From a phage: 64,000 nucleotides of DNA. The DNA is taken from sequence record MZ956761.1. One strand, written 5' to 3'. The notes under the pieces are model-generated. The model had not been told where the DNA came from. It made no database searches and worked only from the letters and a program-made list of their open reading frames with translations. Numbering within the stretch: the stretch's first letter is position 1; the number at the start of each line of letters is the position of its first letter. Both the position numbers and the translations under genes were made by a program. Positions 57,130 to 64,000 of the stretch are shown here, in pieces.

Positions 57130-57315
57130 ATGACAAGTGAGCAGGCTTTTAAATTAAGAGAATTAATTGAGACGTATAGTAAAGCTGTTCATACATCAAC
57201 AATTATTGATGAATCAGCTTTCTCCGGACATGCTAACAAGATTAAATACAAAACTCTTATGGAAGAAGCTAAAGTAAATCTTGATTCTTATATTGAAACT
57301 TTAATTGGTAAATAA
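57130..57315 (+). CDS. small helical protein, paralog family member
   Basis: 61 aa. Confidence 0.5.
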   Translation: MTSEQAFKLRELIETYSKAVHTSTIIDESAFSGHANKIKYKTLMEEAKVNLDSYIETLIGK

Positions 57316-57316
57316 T

Positions 57317-57859
57317 ATGAAAGCTGTAATTGAAACAACTGATTTGTTCGGTGACCTGGTTATCGAAAAACGTGATAATGTATACGTTCTGACGCAGGAA
57401 GACGATAGTATTACTATTCTTCCTATGGAATTGCCTGCGATTTTATCTTATGCTCCCTCAGGAGTTACCGGTGTAACTAATATTACAGACGACCTCCAAG
57501 TTCGTTTTTATCGTGGCACTCACGGTGGTAATATTGAAACTGAACTTGCGTGTCTTTCTATCAACAATTGGGCAACATTCGTTGCCAAGGTGAAAGAATT
57601 CTTGGAATCTGAAACAGTCGAAACACCCGAAAAGGCTAAACTTCAATGGGCTAAAGATCGCGGTGCTAGCATTATTAATCCAGTAGCTGCAAATTATACT
57701 ACGACTTTGGATGTCAAGACTTCTTATGAAGATGGCGATGTCGTACTTGTTCGCCAAATTGATGATTCTCGAGCACATATTGTCACATTTACCAAAGACG
57801 AAGCTATTGCACTAAAGACTTATCTTGATTCTGTTATTCCAACTATGATTTCAAAGTGA
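57317..57859 (+). CDS. hypothetical protein, tandem paralog A
   Basis: 180 aa from Met of MKAVIET; C-terminus AIALKTYLDSVIPTM. Confidence 0.5.
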   Translation: MKAVIETTDLFGDLVIEKRDNVYVLTQEDDSITILPMELPAILSYAPSGVTGVTNITDDLQVRFYRGTHGGNIETELACLSINNWATFVAKVKEFLESETVETPEKAKLQWAKDRGASIINPVAANYTTTLDVKTSYEDGDVVLVRQIDDSRAHIVTFTKDEAIALKTYLDSVIPTMISK

Positions 57860-57865
57860 GGAAAT

Positions 57866-58387
57866 ATGTTTATTTCAAGTGGAAGTGGTTTAATTCGTGT
57901 TGAATTTAAAAATGACATCTTCCTTAGTCAAGGAGATGATATTATTAAAATGAGTTATGACGAAATCAAGAAAATTTGTCATGCTCTTGAAAGTCATGGA
58001 AAAGTGAACGCTGTTATTGATATTGGCGATTTATGGGTGACACTTTATGAAGTATCCGAAGGATTTAACATTGAAGATGAAAATAACATTTTAGCTATTG
58101 ATAAAAGAAGTGATTTGTTTGATGTATTAAAAGTTTATGAACAGTCAAATGGCGGAAGAAAAGCTGCATTGATTTATCAAAAACCGCATTCATGTGGAAC
58201 TGCTTCAATCATTTCAAATATTGAAGATGAAGTTGATACTTATATGTGTGTTTTAAAAGCTGGTGGTGACCGTCATCCGGATTTTATTTCTATTCGTCAA
58301 AACAATGGAGAAATTTCATTATCAAAATCAGAAGCTGAAGCTATGATTAAGTATTTAACAACTGTTACGCCTTCAATGAAAGGATAA
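57866..58387 (+). CDS. hypothetical protein, tandem paralog B
   Basis: 173 aa; C-terminus AEAMIKYLTTVTPSM. Confidence 0.5.
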   Translation: MFISSGSGLIRVEFKNDIFLSQGDDIIKMSYDEIKKICHALESHGKVNAVIDIGDLWVTLYEVSEGFNIEDENNILAIDKRSDLFDVLKVYEQSNGGRKAALIYQKPHSCGTASIISNIEDEVDTYMCVLKAGGDRHPDFISIRQNNGEISLSKSEAEAMIKYLTTVTPSMKG

Positions 58388-58389
58388 TT

Positions 58390-58851
58390 ATGATTATTAA
58401 TGAAAACTCTTGGCATTATAAATTATTCAAATTGTTTAACGATGAATGGCAACGACCTAAGACACTATGCGCATATTTTTGGTCTATTGTCATTCCTACA
58501 TTTTTCGTTTCTATTTTTGGGTGTGCTATACTCGTAGGGCTAACAATTATTTGTGCAGAAAGCCTACAACGTTGGCTTATTTTCGGTAGTTTATGGACTC
58601 TTCTTCCATCGGCATTTATACTTGCGCTTTTGGTTGTTTTACTTATTATCGGTTCATTTGTTATTCCTGCACATTTGCGTGAAAAATATAAAGATTATAA
58701 ATGGAAAAAGGATTATGCTTTACACGTAGAAAATATTGATAGAGCGTATAAAGGTTTACCTCCTATTCAACCCAAGAAATCGGTTATCGTTGAATTTTTA
58801 AAAGCTCGTAAAGCTAAAGTATGTCCTGTTATTGAATATAAGGCTGAATGA
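58390..58851 (+). CDS. two-TM inner-membrane protein
   Basis: 153 aa; two long hydrophobic helices and a basic C-terminal tail. Confidence 0.5.
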   Translation: MIINENSWHYKLFKLFNDEWQRPKTLCAYFWSIVIPTFFVSIFGCAILVGLTIICAESLQRWLIFGSLWTLLPSAFILALLVVLLIIGSFVIPAHLREKYKDYKWKKDYALHVENIDRAYKGLPPIQPKKSVIVEFLKARKAKVCPVIEYKAE

Positions 58852-59861
58852 TGAAAACAGTAATGAAAAGCTATTTTGGTAGTCATCTTTATGGAACTTC
58901 TACCCCAGAATCTGATGTAGATTTTAAAGAAATTTTTGTTCCTCCTGCTCGCGATATTCTTATCGGAAATGTTAAAGAGCACATGAGTAAAAACACCAAC
59001 AACACATCATCTAAAAACACTAAAGATGATATTGACCATGAACTATACAGTCTTAAGTATTTCTTTAAATTAGCAGCAGATGGTGAAACTGTAGCATTGG
59101 ATATGCTCCACACTCCACCTGAACTAGTGGTTAAATCTGATTTACCTGATGTATGGAAATTTATCCAAGACAATCGTTCACGGTTTTATACAACTAACAT
59201 GAAATCCTATTTAGGATATGTCCGCAAGCAAGCTTCTAAATACGGTGTCAAGGGTTCTCGTTTGGCCGCATTACGTGATGTATTGAAAGTAGTTAATCAA
59301 ATCCCTGACCAGTGGGTTGATTATCAAGAAGACGGTTCTATTAAGCAGCGTCGCACTAAAGTTGAAGATATTAAGCATCGTCTTCCAGAGAACGAATTCT
59401 GTGAATGGGTATTCCATAATCATGAGAAAACCGGTCCACAAACGTTCTACACTGTGTTGGGTCGTAAATATCAGACAACACTTTCTCTTATTGAGCTTAA
59501 GCAGTCACTGAACAAATTAGATGCTGAATACGGCGAACGTGCTCGTAAGGCTGAAGCGAATGAGGGCATTGACTGGAAAGCTCTGAGTCATGCTTGTCGT
59601 GGTGGACTCCAACTATTGGAAATTTACAAAACTGGTGACTTAGTCTATCCACTTCAAGACGCTCCATTTATTCTCGACGTGAAGCTGGGTAAACACCCAT
59701 TTAAAACTGTTCAAGAGTTTTTGGAAGATGTGGTCGATCAAGTAGAAGCAGCATCCATTGAAGCTTCTAAGAACGGTATGCAGCAAAAAGTAGACATGGG
59801 TTTTTGGGATGACTTCCTTGAGAGGGTTTATCTTGAAAACCACCGAAGTTATTATAAATGA
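58848..59861 (+). CDS. Pol-beta-superfamily nucleotidyltransferase
   Basis: 337 aa; N-terminal motif FGSHLYGTSTPESDVDF (hG[GS]-x10-DhD); ATGA overlap with the upstream membrane protein. Confidence 0.55.
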   Translation: MMKTVMKSYFGSHLYGTSTPESDVDFKEIFVPPARDILIGNVKEHMSKNTNNTSSKNTKDDIDHELYSLKYFFKLAADGETVALDMLHTPPELVVKSDLPDVWKFIQDNRSRFYTTNMKSYLGYVRKQASKYGVKGSRLAALRDVLKVVNQIPDQWVDYQEDGSIKQRRTKVEDIKHRLPENEFCEWVFHNHEKTGPQTFYTVLGRKYQTTLSLIELKQSLNKLDAEYGERARKAEANEGIDWKALSHACRGGLQLLEIYKTGDLVYPLQDAPFILDVKLGKHPFKTVQEFLEDVVDQVEAASIEASKNGMQQKVDMGFWDDFLERVYLENHRSYYK

Positions 59862-59864
59862 TAA

Positions 59865-59888
59865 GGGAGCCTTCGGGCTCCCTTTTTT
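59865..59888 (+). terminator. intrinsic terminator
   Basis: GGGAGCC-TTCG-GGCTCCC hairpin followed by TTTTTT. Confidence 0.6.
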
Positions 59889-59912
59889 ATTTCAAAAATT
59901 TTTCACAAAACT

Positions 59913-59955
59913 GTTTACAAGCATAAAGCTTTATGGTACTATACAACTATCAACT
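59913..59955 (+). promoter_or_regulatory. T4-type early promoter
   Basis: GTTTAC-N18-TGgTACTAT plus ACAACTATCAACT; palindrome CATAAAGCTTTATG in the spacer. Confidence 0.5.
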
Positions 59956-59976
59956 GATACGGATTTGGAGAATAAA

Positions 59977-60945
59977 ATGAAAACTGTAACTATCAATAAG
60001 GGTATCTACTTCGGTAAAGAAATCTCTGGAACTTTTGAGCTCTTAGGTGAATGGTTCCCAGATAATGCTCCGGTAGATGCACAAGGAGATGGTAAAGTTT
60101 TTGTTGAAATTGACGGTAAACGTCGCGGTGTTTGGGTTTACAAATCAGACATTTCATATGATGGTGTAAAAGTTGAAGAAGTTAAAGAATCATATGAAGA
60201 TATGAAAACCCGCATTAATAAAAGATTTAATGTTATGGGAATGATGACGAATGGTATTATTAACGGAAACATTCGTTCATTAATTATCTCTGGTGCGGCA
60301 GGTATTGGTAAAACGTATTCTTTAGATAAAGCTTTAAATAAAGCAAATGATATTGGATACATTGAGTATAAAAGCATTAATGGTAAAATCTCTGGTATCG
60401 GTCTTTATGAACAGCTCTGGAATAATCGTGAAGAGAATTCTGTCCTTTTGATTGATGATGTGGATGTTTTCTCTGATATGGACATTCTTAATCTTCTGAA
60501 AGCTGCTTTGGACACTGGAGAGACCCGTAAAGTCTGCTGGAGCACTGCATCTTCTTACTTAGAAGAAAAAGGCATTGAGCGTGAGTTTGAATTTAAAGGA
60601 ACGATTGTTTTTATCACAAACGTTGATATTGACCGCGAATTAGACCGTGGTACTAAACTTGCTCCACATTTACAAGCATTAGTGTCCCGCTCAGTTTATT
60701 TAGATTTGGGTGTTCACACTAATGAAGAAATTATGGTCAGGGTTGAAGATGTTATTCTTTCAACCGACATGATGCAAAAGCGCGGTCTTTCTGATGAAGA
60801 AACTTATAAAGCATTATCATGGATGAAAGTCAATGTTAACCGTTTACGCAATGTTTCACTGCGTACTGCTCTTTATCTTGCTGACTTTATTATGACCGAC
60901 AAAAATGGTTGGGAAGAAATCGCTGAGGTTACTCTTCTGAAATAA
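59977..60945 (+). CDS. P-loop ATPase (AAA-like)
   Basis: 322 aa from Met of MKTVTINKG; Walker A SGAAGIGKT and Walker B VLLIDDVD. Confidence 0.55.
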   Translation: MKTVTINKGIYFGKEISGTFELLGEWFPDNAPVDAQGDGKVFVEIDGKRRGVWVYKSDISYDGVKVEEVKESYEDMKTRINKRFNVMGMMTNGIINGNIRSLIISGAAGIGKTYSLDKALNKANDIGYIEYKSINGKISGIGLYEQLWNNREENSVLLIDDVDVFSDMDILNLLKAALDTGETRKVCWSTASSYLEEKGIEREFEFKGTIVFITNVDIDRELDRGTKLAPHLQALVSRSVYLDLGVHTNEEIMVRVEDVILSTDMMQKRGLSDEETYKALSWMKVNVNRLRNVSLRTALYLADFIMTDKNGWEEIAEVTLLK

Positions 60946-61046
60946 TTCATAAGAGGACTTCTATGACAAAAAGGCAGTTCAGAAATAGATTATATGGACT
61001 GCCATCAAAAAGATGACTAGAATTAAACTGGTAAATGGAGGTAGTG

Positions 61047-61349
61047 ATGTTATACTCAAAGGCTCGTGAAATTTACGAAACTAAAATTAAAGAAGCTGTA
61101 CTTCAATTCGCAACAACGATGCGATGGACAAATGATTGGGAGTATTCAAAAAATCATAAGAAGCCCATGGTGACAAGAAAGGCTCATATGTTAGTGTTAA
61201 TAGACCGTGAGCAGATTAAAGCCCGAGAAGCCCTCCAGAATCATAAAAAGGCTGCTTTTGAATGGTTTATGGATAACACTGCTCCTGAGACTAAGAAAGC
61301 GGTGAGCGCGTGGTTCAGTGGAAAAAATTGTGAAAGAAGTTTCTTTTAG
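61047..61349 (+). CDS. hypothetical protein
   Basis: 100 aa from Met with GGAGG SD (track ORF starts 4 codons earlier). Confidence 0.45.
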   Translation: MLYSKAREIYETKIKEAVLQFATTMRWTNDWEYSKNHKKPMVTRKAHMLVLIDREQIKAREALQNHKKAAFEWFMDNTAPETKKAVSAWFSGKNCERSFF

Positions 61350-61351
61350 TG

Positions 61352-61394
61352 GTTTACAAGACTGTTCCTTTGTGGTACTATACAACTATCAACT
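61352..61394 (+). promoter_or_regulatory. T4-type early promoter
   Basis: GTTTAC-N18-TGgTACTAT plus ACAACTATCAACT. Confidence 0.5.
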
Positions 61395-61409
61395 ACGGAG
61401 GAACACAAA

Positions 61410-61937
61410 ATGAACGCTAAAGATATTTTCAACCTGGTAAATTACAATGATGGTAAATTTAAATCTGAAGCACAAAGCAAGTTCTTTAACGACATCTCAA
61501 TCGGAGGTGAAATCACAGTTGATGGAGGACAAATTTACAAATCCCGCTGGAATTGGATCGTTATTATTGATGAGATTGGTATTGTAGAAATTTACAAAAA
61601 TACGAATAAAAATCGTACATTACACTGGTCTCGTGATACTAACGAACAGTACAAAAAGGATAAAGCATCTAAATTATCTCGTGTAACTCAAGAAGATATT
61701 GAGTTCATCAAGAAAGATATTTTAATGTATGATAACTTAATTGCTGAAGAGCAAGCTGTTATTGATAAATTTGATGAGATTAAAGCTTCTCGTGAAATTC
61801 CTGATTTTATGAAAGAATCAGTAAATGAACGATACTCTCTCATTTCAGAGCGTATTGAAACTTACAAAAAGCAAAGAGCTGAACGCCAAAATACTCTTCG
61901 GAAGTTTGAAGAACGGTTAAAGACGGTACTCGCATAA
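61410..61937 (+). CDS. hypothetical protein
   Basis: 175-aa ORF with GGAGG SD; charged helical C-terminus. Confidence 0.5.
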   Translation: MNAKDIFNLVNYNDGKFKSEAQSKFFNDISIGGEITVDGGQIYKSRWNWIVIIDEIGIVEIYKNTNKNRTLHWSRDTNEQYKKDKASKLSRVTQEDIEFIKKDILMYDNLIAEEQAVIDKFDEIKASREIPDFMKESVNERYSLISERIETYKKQRAERQNTLRKFEERLKTVLA

Positions 61938-61992
61938 CCGCTTTATACCAAGGATGGTATAATGGTTCTAAGCCCTTTTAATTGAGATTATT

Positions 61993-62400
61993 ATGAAACA
62001 GTTGATAATTAAAAGATTGAATTTATTGATATGTTGTTTATGTGTAGTAGTTGCATATGGTTATTACGCAATTAATGATTATATGCATTATAAAGATTAT
62101 GATGTTACTGTAGTTAATACTATTACAGGAACACAAGGAAAGGGGTCTAGTTTATCGTTTATTGCCGTATATGAACTCAAAGACGGTTATAGATTTAGTG
62201 AATATATTTCCCCAGAGATGTATTCTTCAATAGAAAAAGGTGATAATATTACTGTAAGTTTACGTCCTTTCGACGTAAAACAGACATTGTTTGATAATAT
62301 TGTTTGGTTCTTTGGAATGGTATTAGTTCAATCTGTATGCGGTGCTTATATAGTCTGTTCCATCTTATTCTGTATATTTAGTAAAATTGAAATTGAGTGA
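61993..62400 (+). CDS. membrane protein
   Basis: 135 aa; N- and C-terminal hydrophobic helices. Confidence 0.5.
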   Translation: MKQLIIKRLNLLICCLCVVVAYGYYAINDYMHYKDYDVTVVNTITGTQGKGSSLSFIAVYELKDGYRFSEYISPEMYSSIEKGDNITVSLRPFDVKQTLFDNIVWFFGMVLVQSVCGAYIVCSILFCIFSKIEIE

Positions 62401-62407
62401 GGAAAAT

Positions 62408-63295
62408 ATGTCAGTCGTAATTAATAATGTCAATGCAGTAATTAAATCTTTAGTTAATAAAAAATTGAATGAATGGACTGTACTTCGTCGTGGAGAGCCA
62501 GATAAATTTTTTCATAGATTTAACCCAGTACTAAATTTAAATGTTATTGACAGAGATGTTCATGCAGAAATTTTAGATAAGTTTAAAGTTGATATTGGAT
62601 TTGGATTAGAAAAACATTTACAGCGAACAAATGGGTCTGGAATGGGTTTATCTAATCGCATCATGAAAGCCCTTAATAAAATTGGAGCATTGTCTCATAT
62701 TAATGCAAGTGAAATTCTTCGCAATTATAATAAAGGCTATGATCTTTACGGTCGACTAATGCCGAAATTATCATTCGACCAAATGATTACGGATTTGTGG
62801 GAAAATCAACGACGATTATTAGCATTAGGCGCTCGATTGGCTAAAGGTCTAGATAAACAAATGATTTTTAAAACTAATAATACAGAAGACCTTAAATGCT
62901 TTAAATTTAGTACACGCGGAATTGATTATTATATCAGAGCTCACTCTACAGATTATGTTAATATGGGGCATCATCTCTGTTTAGCTTTTGAAATTTTAAA
63001 AGAAGCTGGAACATTAGAATATGTGTCTGGTGCTAAATGCCCGATTGGTTCAAATTGCATTTTAATTTATCGCCCGGATGAATCCAGTTCAACTAAATTG
63101 CCTACAAAACCTGTACCAGTTCGTAGTAACGAAAAACATTCTGAACAAATTGATTATTTTAATAAACAGATTGAAGAGCTGAATATTTCTATTCAACAAT
63201 ATGATGATGAAATTTTCAGACTATCTGGACTGAGTAGTAAAGCTAAATCTGAGCGTGAAAAGTTAATTAAAATTGTCGATTTACTTAAATCTTAA
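62408..63295 (+). CDS. hypothetical protein
   Basis: 295 aa from Met of MSVVINN with GAGGAAAA SD. Confidence 0.5.
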   Translation: MSVVINNVNAVIKSLVNKKLNEWTVLRRGEPDKFFHRFNPVLNLNVIDRDVHAEILDKFKVDIGFGLEKHLQRTNGSGMGLSNRIMKALNKIGALSHINASEILRNYNKGYDLYGRLMPKLSFDQMITDLWENQRRLLALGARLAKGLDKQMIFKTNNTEDLKCFKFSTRGIDYYIRAHSTDYVNMGHHLCLAFEILKEAGTLEYVSGAKCPIGSNCILIYRPDESSSTKLPTKPVPVRSNEKHSEQIDYFNKQIEELNISIQQYDDEIFRLSGLSSKAKSEREKLIKIVDLLKS

Positions 63296-63303
63296 GGAAC
63301 ACC

Positions 63304-64000
63304 ATGAAAACTCGTTCTCAAATTGAAGATATGGTTCGTAATGCCAGCTATACTCGTGATGTTATGACATTTTTGTGCCAAAATAATTTAGACCCTGATA
63401 AAGTTAATCGTGATATTCACTTTAAATATATGAATAGCAGTGAATGGTTACGTCATTTTAGTAAAGCGGGGTATATTACACAAATGACGGCTCGTGAGCA
63501 GCTCACCGATTTCTGTAAAACTATTGATTATAAAAATCCTCTATTTGTTCAAGGCGTTGGTCAGAGTAAGGTTGATTTATCATCTGGATTTTTTAATCCA
63601 AATCATTATCGTATTGAATGGAGATTTATTGCTCTATTCCGTAAACAATTAAAGCAAATTTTGTCGACGGCTAGTCGATTAAAAGGTTCTGACATTAACT
63701 TAAAGAACCTGAAATTTGATGGTTATACTCTTCAGATGGAAGTAAGACCATTAAAAGAAAATAACAGAACTGCACGAATTAGCTTTAAACCTAATACAAA
63801 AAATTCTCTTTCAATTTGCGAATGCCTTAAATCGCAGTTGACAGAAGCATTTAAGTATATGGATGTTGTTGCCGCTGTTCAGTCTAAGATTTTACCTCGT
63901 TTTGAGCGATTTAAATTAGACACAACAACATATGAACTTGATATGATCGTTTCATTTAAATACGATTTTTTGAGAAAGGACGAAGTCCCGCAAGAGAAAA
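63304..64000 (+). CDS. hypothetical protein (3'-truncated by window end)
   Basis: Open frame from ATG at 63304 with AGGAA SD, running to the window edge. Confidence 0.45.
   Translation, partial: MKTRSQIEDMVRNASYTRDVMTFLCQNNLDPDKVNRDIHFKYMNSSEWLRHFSKAGYITQMTAREQLTDFCKTIDYKNPLFVQGVGQSKVDLSSGFFNPNHYRIEWRFIALFRKQLKQILSTASRLKGSDINLKNLKFDGYTLQMEVRPLKENNRTARISFKPNTKNSLSICECLKSQLTEAFKYMDVVAAVQSKILPRFERFKLDTTTYELDMIVSFKYDFLRKDEVPQEK

Overview
This window is a 64-kb segment of a T4-like (Tequatrovirus-type) lytic myovirus genome, in reverse orientation to the usual T4 map. Left to right: uvsY/uvsW, inh-hoc-rnlB, then the complete late structural block on the minus strand (24, 23, 22, 21, 68, 67, 20, 19, 18, 17, 16, 15, 14, 13, wac, 12 to 5, 53) with ORF lengths matching the T4 proteins as recalled, then plus-strand 4-2-3-1-57A-57B, a hyperplastic internal-protein locus, an 11-gene tRNA cluster, nudE, e (lysozyme), two more internal-protein genes, a vs/regB-type early region, tk, rI and a run of small early genes. 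Calls rest on ORF lengths, motifs read by eye, T4 synteny from memory, and hand-parsed tRNAs/promoters (small motifs may be off by 1 nt); no database search was run. Deviations from the T4 reference as recalled are the main leads: an HNH homing-endonuclease gene between genes 19 and 18, empty seg-gene positions, no denV, three extra tRNAs, several capsid-targeting-tag proteins, a macrodomain protein, and a membrane-protein/nucleotidyltransferase pair. No integrase, att site or CRISPR array is present.
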